Below, in pieces: positions 19,189 to 29,815 of a stretch of 64,000 bases of DNA (position 1 is the stretch's first letter; each line of letters begins with the position of its first letter). Made by a program: the position numbers and the translations under genes. Under the pieces are notes generated by a model, which saw only the letters and a list, made by a program, of their open reading frames with translations, did not search any database and was not told the origin of the DNA. The stretch comes from an uncultured virus (IMG/VR IMGVR_UViG_3300034520_000374) (Duplodnaviria > Heunggongvirae > Uroviricota > Caudoviricetes), in IMG/VR virus record IMGVR_UViG_3300034520_000374; one strand, written 5' to 3'.

Positions 19189-19214
19189 CTACACGCAAGT
19201 GTAGCTATTATTTT
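19186..19214 (+). terminator. Intra-operon hairpin or weak terminator
   Basis: TAGCTACAC-GCAA-GTGTAGCTA followed by TTATTTT. Confidence 0.6.
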
Positions 19215-19241
19215 ATATGGGACCTGGAGGTGGTGCGCTGT

Positions 19242-21500
19242 ATGCTAAAGAGGATAGCTTTAATCTTATGTATGATGAGCATGTTATTAATATTAACTGG
19301 ATGTGAGGCCGCATGGGTTAAAAAGACAAACCTAGAGCAGGCTATGGGTAATCGTGCAGCTCTAAATCTTGAGCTTATAAATAGGCTTGTTAACAGCGGT
19401 TTACTTAGTGAGGACGCTGCAAAAGGTATGCGAGAGTCCTTGGAGAGATTAAAGGAGAACCCATCGAGCTTAAATCCAAACCAGAGCATTTCGTGGTATC
19501 TTAACACAAGTATAGGGGAATGGAGTACTGAGCCAACACAGGATTCGACTTTTCCAAAAAGCAATGCACCAACTGGAAATAGTGGTAGGGACATACCGGA
19601 TTCTGAGATTAAGCCATTAGATATTATTGCAGCTAACCAGTGGGCACAGCTTAACGCATTAATGACTTGCAAGGTATATGTGCTAAAGGAGCAGCCGGGA
19701 CAGCCAGTAAATACAGACGAGATAAAAGGCCTACTTGAGGCAGCAAAGACGAAGACCGGAAGTGAGCAAGAAGAAGCATTCAATGCTTTAGTATCTAAGG
19801 GATATTTTAAGGATAGTGGGAAATATTTAACAGACCCTAATGACCCCAAGAATCAGATGGTGATTGTAACAAAACGTATAACAGAGACTGAGAGTGTTCC
19901 TGTGAGAGACTCTAAGAACAATATCATAGGACATGTGACAGTTAAGAGGAATTATGTTAATGAGATGGGATATGACCTTGTAGTGTGCGACAAGGATAAT
20001 ATTCCAGTTGCTACATTAAGGTTCAGGGAGATAAACAAGGAGGCAGTAGACAAACTGCTTGGGGCTGGAGATGCTCCGAAAGATAAGTTTTTACTGGATA
20101 TTAAAAATAAGAGAGCATTCTTACTTGAGTATCCTGCTTATTATATAAGCAGTGTAAGCCTTGATAAAGATGGCAACTATAAAACAAGTTTTAGTGAGTC
20201 AGACCTACTAGTTAATCTGCTATCCGGTAAGATTAAGGATAAAAGCGGGAAAGAACTCAAGCAATCAGAGAACATACAAGAGGTTTATGGGAGCAACGGA
20301 GCATTTGTTATATATGGAACGGGGGACATAAAGAACGTTGGTTTTGAGCAGGCTACTGTAAAGGGCGGCACTATAGTTCTTAGGGATTACCTTGAGTTGT
20401 CATATATGACTGGCGTGGTGAACGGCGAAGATTTTGTAACATTGGGCAGGCGCGTGCGCGTAAGTGATTTTGAGGGGAGCAAGCAGACTGTATTTGCTAA
20501 CTTCATAAATAAAAAAGGCGAAGTTATGAAGGACACACCTAATATACTCATAAGCCATCTTATGGATATAGATTCTGGCGTAGACGGTAAGGCCATTAAG
20601 CTTGGAATAGTTACAGATACAGACGAAAAAGAAGGCGGAGGACAGGCTGGAGGCAACCAGCAAGGTAGCACTGGACAGAGCCAGGGCAACCAGGAGAATA
20701 GCAATAATACCGGAGACGAGAACGATACAGGGCTATTATCAGATGCCAACATAAACAGGGCTTTACTTAAGCCAATATACAAGGAGTCCATAAAGCCGAC
20801 CACAAGATTCCCAGGCGAAAAGGTCGGTATAGCAAGTATGTCTAATTTAGGTAACAAGATGATTTTTTATGGTATGGCAATCGACATGAGTCCTTTCGAG
20901 TCAGGTCTATATAACGGGTGGATAATGAGAGATGACTTAGAAGTAGGGAGCTTAACGTGGTGGAATAGGTGGTTGAACACCAAAGAGTTGGATTATGGTT
21001 ATTCCATTGACCCTGAAATACTCAGGCAGTTTTTCATGGGAAATTACAGCTTCGACATTATGAAAAGGGAAAACACAATTATATTCAATTTAGGCACAAT
21101 TGCGAAGATACAACAGGGCTATAACGCGGAAGATAGAGCTAGAAATGTAAACTACTTCAGAACATTATTTGCTGGACTTGGGATACTTCTAATAGCATAC
21201 GCGATAGTGCTGATGGCTGCATGGGTGTTCGATGTCAACCTGATAACAGGTCCTAAGCTAATGAGTGTATTAACATTTGGGAAGTGGGAGGCAATAAGCA
21301 GTTATGAGGAGTTGCCTAATATGGAGTTGGGCGAGAAGCACTACATGACTTTTGAAAAGACATTAAATAATTGCATTGTCATAATATGTATAGGTGTATT
21401 GTTGTTATTTATAGATGTTGTAGCTATAGTGAAACAGCTCATTGAAATATTCGGCGGCGTTGGAGAATGGATAGGAAAATCAATATTTAATAAAATGTAG
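19242..21500 (+). CDS. Large lipoprotein with C-terminal TM helices
   Basis: Lipobox LTGC and two hydrophobic segments near the C-terminus. Confidence 0.75.
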   Translation: MLKRIALILCMMSMLLILTGCEAAWVKKTNLEQAMGNRAALNLELINRLVNSGLLSEDAAKGMRESLERLKENPSSLNPNQSISWYLNTSIGEWSTEPTQDSTFPKSNAPTGNSGRDIPDSEIKPLDIIAANQWAQLNALMTCKVYVLKEQPGQPVNTDEIKGLLEAAKTKTGSEQEEAFNALVSKGYFKDSGKYLTDPNDPKNQMVIVTKRITETESVPVRDSKNNIIGHVTVKRNYVNEMGYDLVVCDKDNIPVATLRFREINKEAVDKLLGAGDAPKDKFLLDIKNKRAFLLEYPAYYISSVSLDKDGNYKTSFSESDLLVNLLSGKIKDKSGKELKQSENIQEVYGSNGAFVIYGTGDIKNVGFEQATVKGGTIVLRDYLELSYMTGVVNGEDFVTLGRRVRVSDFEGSKQTVFANFINKKGEVMKDTPNILISHLMDIDSGVDGKAIKLGIVTDTDEKEGGGQAGGNQQGSTGQSQGNQENSNNTGDENDTGLLSDANINRALLKPIYKESIKPTTRFPGEKVGIASMSNLGNKMIFYGMAIDMSPFESGLYNGWIMRDDLEVGSLTWWNRWLNTKELDYGYSIDPEILRQFFMGNYSFDIMKRENTIIFNLGTIAKIQQGYNAEDRARNVNYFRTLFAGLGILLIAYAIVLMAAWVFDVNLITGPKLMSVLTFGKWEAISSYEELPNMELGEKHYMTFEKTLNNCIVIICIGVLLLFIDVVAIVKQLIEIFGGVGEWIGKSIFNKM

Positions 21501-21506
21501 CCGGAG

Positions 21507-24500
21507 GTGTTGTTAGTGAGGTCAAGAAAATTTACGAGGGTAACTTCAGTGGCAATATTAGCGGTTTTAATCATTACAACCATATCAACGGCTGTGGCTG
21601 CTACGGGTACTCCTAAAACTACCATTATTGGTACCAATCTTGCTTTAGGGTCACCACTACTAGACACAACGAATTTTGACCCAAAGACCTGGAATAAATG
21701 GGAAATGGTTGCATTCGGGGTATTTTTGAGTAACTTTGCATATCCTTTAGTTGACGACTATAAAAGTGCATTTACAGCATGTAACGAAGGTACAAAGGGG
21801 TCAGGGTTAAAGGCGTTGCAGTTTGGGTCGGGTAACGACCCATCAACAAACGATATACTCAAGGAAATGGTGAACTATGCCGTAGCGGTGCAGTCATCGA
21901 CATTAAAGCCTATAAAGTATAGGTCATTAAAAGATGATAACAGCGGGTTGGATGAATATAAGGACGCAGTGTTTGAGGATTTGTTTCTCTACAATAAGCT
22001 TGGATGGCTTGAGAAGCTCGTAAGTGGGCAGGTAATTGCCAAAGTAGGGGACTGGGGCTTAACTGGACCTAGCAGGTTTATATACAACGAGTTCGTAGTG
22101 GAGATTGATGGTGGGACATACCAGAGAGTCTTCAGCTACGATGACGGTTGGGATTTACAGATGCTGGCAGCTTGGCTAACCAGGGTATTTAGCGGTGAGT
22201 ATAGCGGTGTGGCTAAGAGTAACTTCGAGAAGTTTAGAAAAAGCCCTTTGTTCCTCGACGCTTTCGGGAATATAGTTGTTCTCCATGGAGGTAGGCCATA
22301 CATTGTGTTCCCTGCTGCGGCAAGTCAATATATAACACAGACAAAGCAATATAACCTGCTACAATCAGTGTTGTTTAACGGCAATTATCTTCCAGCATCT
22401 GGAGAGAGCATCATAAACAACGGTGTATCTGAAAACACCAGTAGAGGTGGTGGAGGACCTTTATCTGGAACAACTGATTTTGGGGTTGGCAAGGTTGTAG
22501 TGTCTTTCGATACAGATATACTACTTATGGAGAAAGCCAAGCAAAAGGTAAAAATAAGTGAGTCAGGGGTTCCAGGTAGCTTGGTAAGCTGGTTAGGAAT
22601 TTCTGTACCTAGTGTAGCTGTAGAAGAAGCCGAATTAGGTAATGCTGTTGACAATGTGATGGCAGCCGACATTAACAGCAGCAGAATACCTTTCAGAGTG
22701 GAAATTATACGTGGGGAAAAGATGCCTAACTTACCTGACGCTGTGAAATACTTAGCAAAGTATGTAGATGACCTTGCTTCAATATACCCAGTTGCAAAAG
22801 ATGTACCGATTCTTAATTATATTAACACTAACAATGGTAAGTTGCAGCTGTTCTCTAATCCTGTGGTTACATCTGTTACAACCACTAATCCTTTAGAGAA
22901 GCGGTATATTAACAAGATGTACGAGTCCATATACGGCGGCGGGTATGTGCAAGCCGGTTCGGAGCCTATAGATTATGGCATGTTGAGGGCTGGACTGCAA
23001 AGGACAAAAACCTGGATGGGCCTTGGAAGATGGGCCTACGTTGGCAAGTACGATAACATTGAGGCAATAAAAGAGGATTATTACAGTTGGATGTCAATGC
23101 CTGCGTCTCCGATTCTTAAGGCATTCTTAGGGAAGGAAGTCGGAGTAAAACAGGGAGTTAGCGTTCCGTCTGATGTGGCTGTAGCCGACCTTGGCAGGTA
23201 TTATAACATACTGAGCAAAGACCAGAATAATGTTGTGGCAGGCAAGGTATTTGACCTGACAGAGTCAGAGGTGCAACAGTCGTTTAGAAGAATTATCAAG
23301 GGATATCCGATATCACGCGAGATAGAAATAGCGAGCAACATACTAGGAGTCAGGCAGGGGACAGAATTTGCTTTGTGGTCGCCTTTTATATATGCGACAT
23401 ACTTAAACTGGTACGGCATAACGTCTGACGGTGGTCATAAGTTCAATACCAAATTATTCAGCGATAAGTCCGACATACTTAAGTTCGACATGGAGAAGGT
23501 GTCAAAGGGGTTATACTTGACCGAAGAAGAAAAGAAGAAGGAAGTTCTTAATTACACTTACATGATGTTGCACCCAACAGCAGGTAGGGAATATAGGGCA
23601 AGGTTAATAATGGATGCCATATCTGACTGGATTTACAGGACATATCAAAACATAGTTTACGGCGGTGTTACGCAGTATTACAGTGGCAGTTACGGTAACA
23701 TTGGGACGAGAAGTGCCAATGGATTCCTGCACATAAACAGTTACAGCGATAATTTCATGACGAAATGGTTTATTAACAAGTATGTAGAATATATAGTCAT
23801 AATTTTGGGTATATGTGCAGTGATGATAATTCTAATAGGCATTCTAACACAGAAGAAACTCATATGGTTTTTGGCATCGCTATTTATAGTGGTGAACGTT
23901 TGCATTTTGATGCCATCAATAGGAGATGTGACTCCTTACGTGGCAGATAGTGCTGTGCAGAACATGTTTAAGGACAAGATGTCATATTGGGCAATGTCTG
24001 AAGCCATAAGGAACAACGAAATAGAGCAGAACGCTAACAATAAAGCATCTGCTGCGGAGGAACAGGCGCTTGGAAGCGATGTTGACGCCAAGAAGGTAGC
24101 CAATCTAGTACGTATGTTGAACATATCTTATTTGGATAGGGCATTAATGCTAAAGCTGGACATATCAAAGAAGATAAACGAGACACAACTAGAGAACTTT
24201 GACGAAATTCAGAAGTTGCAATCAGCGCGGTGGCTGCTGCCAATACTCATGAGGCAGTTTACAGCCAACGACAGGTCGCCAAATTACATTTACGTGCCTC
24301 TTGGAGACGAATATATTAACATGTCAAACCTATACTGTCTATATGTGCCAAGCGATATAGGTAGTAAAAGAGCCGTAGACGCTGCAAATGATGCTGGTGC
24401 AGCTGCAGCAACGAATGAGGAAGTAAAGAGCAGAATATTGAGCGATAGCCAGAAAACAGCATTATTCGCCGATTATACAAAGACATCATTTGATTCAGAC

Positions 24501-26405
24501 CTAACCAACGGGCGCTACAATACAATCGTTATATCTTCTAAAGACGAAGATTATCGGAAGCCTCCAGGGTGGGAGAGCGTATCAAGGATAAAAGACGACA
24601 GCCAGCTGGTTCATACGAGCTCTTACTTATTAGCAGACTTGCCTATACCTTCAAGGAAAATTACAACAAGCAAGGGCAAGACTGTAGACGGCGATTGGGA
24701 ACTGTACTTAAAGACATATAAAGATAAAGTAGCCGCAGATTTTGCAAGAAAGGCGAATGAGCTAGAGGAGATAGCCGGTAGTTATAACTCTTTTGACTCT
24801 TCCACAGTTCAAGAGGATTATGGATATTTGTGGACAACTCAAAATCCATTGCATTACTTCTATCAGGTTATTAAAGACACTATGCGTCCTGACGCTAACG
24901 TTGCTCTAATAGCTGGCGAACTTCAAGGAGAGTACAGAACGAGCAGTTTAACAGGAAAAGAAGAAAGAGTATCATTCATGCATTATAAGGATACCGGGAA
25001 AATTCGTGATTTCCTTGATATGGAGGAGCTATTTACAAATGTAATTCCTTATCTATACCAAGTGCAGATACTTGCGGGAGGATTCGATGGTACATCAGGA
25101 GCTTTGGGAGATGCCAAGATAGAAAGGTATACACTCTACAAGAACAATTATAAGTCGTGGATGTTCAGGAGCAATTGGGCAACGAAGCTAATGGAGTCTC
25201 CTTTACTCACAAGCGGTACCACTGTTCGGGATGGCAAGGGCAATAAGTATTATGTGGAAAATCCCATGCTTCCTTCATGCTACCCGAAAGAAAGGCCTAT
25301 GGTATTTAGTGAAGCTCAGATGTATGCTATGGGGCTTTCAGAAGGGGACCTGAGCATACCAGAAGTAAAGATTATCAAGGTAGGTAAGGCAGTTGAGCGT
25401 AGGTGGACATTGCTGTTAAACTATGTTAACGTTCCAGGAGTCACACCAGACATACTTTATAAACAGATGGCACTGGACGCATTACTAGAATTTAACAGGG
25501 AATTCTCTTCAGGCAACTTCCTAAATCCTGCATGGAACCTGTATCCAATGAGCATAGACTTAAGGGCACTTTCATTTGACTCAGTTATGAAGATGCTCAT
25601 GTTGAATAATACGAAAGACGTAAGGTATATTTATGGAGATACCATGAAGAATATCATAGAAAGCAGCGATATATTCAGTGCACTACTTCTACTTCTGTCA
25701 GCTTTCCTATGCGCATACGTCATACCGTTCGTAAGGGACGTAGCACTTGGTTTGTTGTTCTACCTTGGGTTCTGGGCTGTAATAACCAATATACTGTCAG
25801 CTGGCAAGACAAAGCTAAAGATAACCGCAGCATTTGCAATAAACAACATAGCTTACTTAATTATGACACTTGCATATTATCAGGTGTTTGCCGTTTTGAT
25901 TAATCTGACGTACAGCGATAACATACTGAACGTTAAGGATGTTACCATAAATACAGGTAGCCCTGTGTGGGTGTTCATTATCATAATTATAGCCAGCGGA
26001 TTGTACATTTGGGGCACCTGGAGATTAATCAGGATGACCATATTGAATTACAGAGATCTTGGGTTTGAAGTCTATGCAACATGGGCAGGAGTGCTGGCTA
26101 CGAAGATACAGGATAAGATAGGCGAAATTGGAAGTACATTCAGAGAGGCATTTGGCGGATTCCAAAGTGGCAGTGAAGAGGCTGGCACTGGCAGTACAGT
26201 TGGCGAAGGGGCAAGCGTAATCGGTAAAGACGTTAAGGTAAAGGTCGAAGTGGATGGAGACACTACCAGGAGTAAGGATAAGCAAGAAGTTAGGAATGAA
26301 GTACTTTACAGAGATTCAGGGTACATTGATGATGTCGGCGATGATGATGTAGAGATTCATATAGATATAGACAAGGAAATCGAGAAAGGTAAGCGTATAG
26401 AATAG
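21507..26405 (+). CDS. 1632-aa polytopic membrane protein (possible extended VirB6-like channel component)
   Basis: Signal peptide, a central TM pair (IVIILGICAVMIILIGIL; IWFLASLFIVVNVCILM) and about 4 C-terminal TM helices. The role is inferred from context. Confidence 0.7.
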   Translation: MLLVRSRKFTRVTSVAILAVLIITTISTAVAATGTPKTTIIGTNLALGSPLLDTTNFDPKTWNKWEMVAFGVFLSNFAYPLVDDYKSAFTACNEGTKGSGLKALQFGSGNDPSTNDILKEMVNYAVAVQSSTLKPIKYRSLKDDNSGLDEYKDAVFEDLFLYNKLGWLEKLVSGQVIAKVGDWGLTGPSRFIYNEFVVEIDGGTYQRVFSYDDGWDLQMLAAWLTRVFSGEYSGVAKSNFEKFRKSPLFLDAFGNIVVLHGGRPYIVFPAAASQYITQTKQYNLLQSVLFNGNYLPASGESIINNGVSENTSRGGGGPLSGTTDFGVGKVVVSFDTDILLMEKAKQKVKISESGVPGSLVSWLGISVPSVAVEEAELGNAVDNVMAADINSSRIPFRVEIIRGEKMPNLPDAVKYLAKYVDDLASIYPVAKDVPILNYINTNNGKLQLFSNPVVTSVTTTNPLEKRYINKMYESIYGGGYVQAGSEPIDYGMLRAGLQRTKTWMGLGRWAYVGKYDNIEAIKEDYYSWMSMPASPILKAFLGKEVGVKQGVSVPSDVAVADLGRYYNILSKDQNNVVAGKVFDLTESEVQQSFRRIIKGYPISREIEIASNILGVRQGTEFALWSPFIYATYLNWYGITSDGGHKFNTKLFSDKSDILKFDMEKVSKGLYLTEEEKKKEVLNYTYMMLHPTAGREYRARLIMDAISDWIYRTYQNIVYGGVTQYYSGSYGNIGTRSANGFLHINSYSDNFMTKWFINKYVEYIVIILGICAVMIILIGILTQKKLIWFLASLFIVVNVCILMPSIGDVTPYVADSAVQNMFKDKMSYWAMSEAIRNNEIEQNANNKASAAEEQALGSDVDAKKVANLVRMLNISYLDRALMLKLDISKKINETQLENFDEIQKLQSARWLLPILMRQFTANDRSPNYIYVPLGDEYINMSNLYCLYVPSDIGSKRAVDAANDAGAAAATNEEVKSRILSDSQKTALFADYTKTSFDSDLTNGRYNTIVISSKDEDYRKPPGWESVSRIKDDSQLVHTSSYLLADLPIPSRKITTSKGKTVDGDWELYLKTYKDKVAADFARKANELEEIAGSYNSFDSSTVQEDYGYLWTTQNPLHYFYQVIKDTMRPDANVALIAGELQGEYRTSSLTGKEERVSFMHYKDTGKIRDFLDMEELFTNVIPYLYQVQILAGGFDGTSGALGDAKIERYTLYKNNYKSWMFRSNWATKLMESPLLTSGTTVRDGKGNKYYVENPMLPSCYPKERPMVFSEAQMYAMGLSEGDLSIPEVKIIKVGKAVERRWTLLLNYVNVPGVTPDILYKQMALDALLEFNREFSSGNFLNPAWNLYPMSIDLRALSFDSVMKMLMLNNTKDVRYIYGDTMKNIIESSDIFSALLLLLSAFLCAYVIPFVRDVALGLLFYLGFWAVITNILSAGKTKLKITAAFAINNIAYLIMTLAYYQVFAVLINLTYSDNILNVKDVTINTGSPVWVFIIIIIASGLYIWGTWRLIRMTILNYRDLGFEVYATWAGVLATKIQDKIGEIGSTFREAFGGFQSGSEEAGTGSTVGEGASVIGKDVKVKVEVDGDTTRSKDKQEVRNEVLYRDSGYIDDVGDDDVEIHIDIDKEIEKGKRIE

Positions 26406-26421
26406 GCAAGGGGGAATTAAA

Positions 26422-27816
26422 GTGGCTAGCAGCGATAGATTGGTGAAGAACAGAAGCGGTCAGATTTTTATACCGATGAATGTTGATGGTGGTGTCATCG
26501 AGGAGAGCTTCATGAGCTCGGGAAAAGTAGCACTAATTATAGTGCTACTTTTCTCCACCTTCATTGCATGGGTTTGGGTAAACGGCTGGAATACTGGCTG
26601 GGTAATGAGGTTTGTAGGTCATATTTTCATACTTTATATTGACCAATTAGTAGTAAGGAAGTTGATTTTAGAAGAAAATTATTTATACAAGATGCACAAG
26701 AAAACGCGAGCTCACCGCATTACTACACCTGCTGTATTTTGGGATATAGTCAACATCAAAGATACAGAGGACGGGGCAGTATTAATATACTCCGATATGA
26801 AGATAGGTGTAATACTTAAGGTAGAGAGAGGTACAATTACAGGTAAGTCGGAGGACTTTAGAGAAAAGCACTATGACGCTCTGTCGGATTTTTACAAGGA
26901 ACTAAATTTCAGGAAGTACAAGTTTGTTCAGATGAACATCATGGAGCAGGCTGGCAAAGACCCAAGACTGCAGAAGCTAGACAATTTGGTGCTCAAGGAG
27001 AAAAACGAGAATTTATCTTCGTTGCTTGAGGCGCAGGTCAGCTTTATAAAAAAGATAACACGTTCAACTCTGTCGGAGAACGACTATTTCCTGATTTATA
27101 CAGATAACGTAAGTAGGTCAGACCAAATTATACAAGATGTTATTGATTCTGTTATGATACTTATGGACGGCGGGTTCTTAGGGTTCAAGCTGTTATCACT
27201 GTCAGAGATAATAGACCTCGTGCATGAAATCTATGGTGTACGTTACTTCGATTATGCGGAAGCATCATTAAATGTATTCAAGGACGCAAAAGCAGCAGTA
27301 GACAATCCTTTTATAGTGAAGGAGATTAAGTTTACTGACGGTACGTCCATAAAGGTGGGGCAACAGGAGAATAATAGGATTAAAGCATTATCACATTACA
27401 TCAAGACGAATGACATAGATTATGCAACCTTTAATGCCTTGGAAGCACTTAAGGGTAAGATAAGATACTTAAGACCGGCAGGCTCTAAAGATTATATTAC
27501 GTCGGCGGAGGAAGTTAAGGCTTTCGAGATAGTGGACAAGACTGAAGAAGTTGTTGTAGACCTTGATAACTATGCATTTGGTGTTTTAGGCACACCAGCT
27601 AACACTTCTAATAGCGTTAACAGTGCTAATAGGCGTGAGGATAATGAGAATGAGGGGTTGAAAAGGAAAAAATTGGAAGTAAAAATAAGGCTACCGTTGG
27701 GCGGGCGTAAGGGTAAAAAAGATAACACCAAAAAAGACGATTTTCAACATAAAAAAGTAGGTTTTAGTGTTTCGAATGATAATGGTCAGAACGAAGATGA
27801 ATTTATCGACTTCTGA
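26422..27816 (+). CDS. Membrane protein with cytoplasmic domain (PrgI/TcpE-like position)
   Basis: Two N-terminal TM helices. Lies upstream of the VirB4-like ATPase. Confidence 0.6.
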   Translation: MASSDRLVKNRSGQIFIPMNVDGGVIEESFMSSGKVALIIVLLFSTFIAWVWVNGWNTGWVMRFVGHIFILYIDQLVVRKLILEENYLYKMHKKTRAHRITTPAVFWDIVNIKDTEDGAVLIYSDMKIGVILKVERGTITGKSEDFREKHYDALSDFYKELNFRKYKFVQMNIMEQAGKDPRLQKLDNLVLKEKNENLSSLLEAQVSFIKKITRSTLSENDYFLIYTDNVSRSDQIIQDVIDSVMILMDGGFLGFKLLSLSEIIDLVHEIYGVRYFDYAEASLNVFKDAKAAVDNPFIVKEIKFTDGTSIKVGQQENNRIKALSHYIKTNDIDYATFNALEALKGKIRYLRPAGSKDYITSAEEVKAFEIVDKTEEVVVDLDNYAFGVLGTPANTSNSVNSANRREDNENEGLKRKKLEVKIRLPLGGRKGKKDNTKKDDFQHKKVGFSVSNDNGQNEDEFIDF

Positions 27817-27840
27817 TGAATAATTGGATATTTAGGAGGT

Positions 27841-29793
27841 ATGGGCATGCGTGTTTTAATATGCGGAGGCGTTAAAACTATAAATATTGTACGTGCACTA
27901 CAGCCAAAGTTCAAAGCCGGAACAGTAGATTTCGTTGTTATAAATAGCATAACCGGAACGGAAATAAAGAACTGGTTTAGCAGGGGAGAGCAGTTTGATA
28001 GAGCAGTTATAATTGAGCAGTCTTGGACGGATGACGGGAACATACAAGATGAATACGAAATGCGTAAAGCAATAAACTGGTTTGCCAGTGCATTCAGGCA
28101 GCGGGCTGGTGCTGGTGCTACCTGTGTGTTTATAACAACAAATGAAGCTATGGCCACGATGGTTGCTGAGGAGACCATTGAAATAAGTAGGAGTTGCAAG
28201 GTGCTTATAAAAGAACCACCATATACAGTATCCTTCTTCAATTTGGTGGTGACCTATGACCTGAACAGCATGCCTGATATCTATGTATTTGACTTTACCA
28301 AGGCATCAAGGAACGAGCAGAGTGAGGCAGATATCGTTATTAAGCAACCTTTGAATAAAGCCAATGAGGTGGAGGTTAGCATAGACGAGCCCAGCACTAG
28401 TTCGAGCAAGCAGGAAGTGGATGACTTAGATAATGACTTCTTCGGTAATTTGCATGAGGATTTCGGGGACAACGCTGAATTTGGTATTGAGAGCAAAGAC
28501 GAAATTGAAAATCAACCAGATTTAGGCGAAGAATACACCGAAGGCAATTTTGAGAAATCATTTGACGAAATTGATGATTACACTGAAGATGAAACTGATA
28601 ATACAGAGACAATTAATATAGAGGACATTGAGGAAGATAGCAGTCCTGCTGATTTACCCGATAGCTCCGAAGCGGAGGAAGTGGAGAAGACAGTAGAGGA
28701 AGTGGATGCAGCTGAGGAAGAAGATAAAGCAGATGAGGGAGATATTGAGGTACTTGAGGGCTTTGCAGAACCTGTAGAGGAGCCCAGCAAGCCCAAAGAG
28801 CCTAAGGAACAAGAAGGTAATAGCAAGGAGCCTGTAGAACCACATGCCTTTTTTGATGAAGAAGTATACAAGAGGCCTACAACAAAGGCGAGGAACGAGA
28901 GGGTAGAGATAAAGCCTACAGGTGCTCCTCAGGCGGACGCACTAATTACATTGCTTAATACATTTAAGAATCGTGGAAGTTCATTAGTGGTTACAGGCGG
29001 ACCCGCAAGCGGCAAAAGCATACTAGCCTTCAACATAGCCAATGTTGTAGCAAGGCTAGGATATCAATGTTTACTTGTAGACTTTGATTTATTTGGAAGG
29101 ACTCAGGCTTATTTGAGCAAGGAGGCTTATGAGGCGGTACATTCAGGAGATACCGCGAAGACCAATTTATTGGCGGCGATAAACAGCTCACATGGCAAGA
29201 TAGGCAGGTATGTGGATATAATTTCGCCTGGTTTTCATATATTGACGAACGGTTTAGCAGGTGATGTAATTAAGCCTGAGCAGTTTAGCGATAAGCAGAA
29301 GGTAATCAGGTTAGACAATACAGTAAAAAGTAACTACAATTTCATAGTGTACGATATGCCATTTGGGTTTGTGGATGGACTATGCTCAGATATAGTGCTT
29401 AACGCTGATAATGTAGTTATTACAATAGACGCAAGCACTTGGGGGGTTATGCAGGCACTACTTTTGATGGGTAATGTGGACAATATGGAGGTGCAGGAGG
29501 CACTGTTCTGCAGGTCTCAAGTGTGCTTTACCAAAGTGCGAGAGTCTATTAATAAGGTTTTAGGCAGGCAGGTAAGGGATGTATACGATATATTGAGGCT
29601 CATGGATACTATTATTGTAGATTTGCTAGGTATTGAGCCAGAGTTTTTATTCAGCGATATCAGGGTATGCGGAGTTGTTCCGTATAATGAACAGTTAGAA
29701 AATCTGTGGTTTGACAGGAAGCAATATTCGGATACAAGTGAAGGATATGATTTTACGCTGAGACTACTCGAGAGTATATTGTTAAAGCATTGA
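27841..29793 (+). CDS. MinD/ParA-superfamily ATPase (CpaE/TadZ-like) with acidic linker
   Basis: VTGGPASGKS..AFNIA...LG...LLVDFD and YNFIVYDMP motifs. Confidence 0.75.
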   Translation: MGMRVLICGGVKTINIVRALQPKFKAGTVDFVVINSITGTEIKNWFSRGEQFDRAVIIEQSWTDDGNIQDEYEMRKAINWFASAFRQRAGAGATCVFITTNEAMATMVAEETIEISRSCKVLIKEPPYTVSFFNLVVTYDLNSMPDIYVFDFTKASRNEQSEADIVIKQPLNKANEVEVSIDEPSTSSSKQEVDDLDNDFFGNLHEDFGDNAEFGIESKDEIENQPDLGEEYTEGNFEKSFDEIDDYTEDETDNTETINIEDIEEDSSPADLPDSSEAEEVEKTVEEVDAAEEEDKADEGDIEVLEGFAEPVEEPSKPKEPKEQEGNSKEPVEPHAFFDEEVYKRPTTKARNERVEIKPTGAPQADALITLLNTFKNRGSSLVVTGGPASGKSILAFNIANVVARLGYQCLLVDFDLFGRTQAYLSKEAYEAVHSGDTAKTNLLAAINSSHGKIGRYVDIISPGFHILTNGLAGDVIKPEQFSDKQKVIRLDNTVKSNYNFIVYDMPFGFVDGLCSDIVLNADNVVITIDASTWGVMQALLLMGNVDNMEVQEALFCRSQVCFTKVRESINKVLGRQVRDVYDILRLMDTIIVDLLGIEPEFLFSDIRVCGVVPYNEQLENLWFDRKQYSDTSEGYDFTLRLLESILLKH

Positions 29794-29815
29794 GGTATGA
29801 GGGAGATGCATTGAA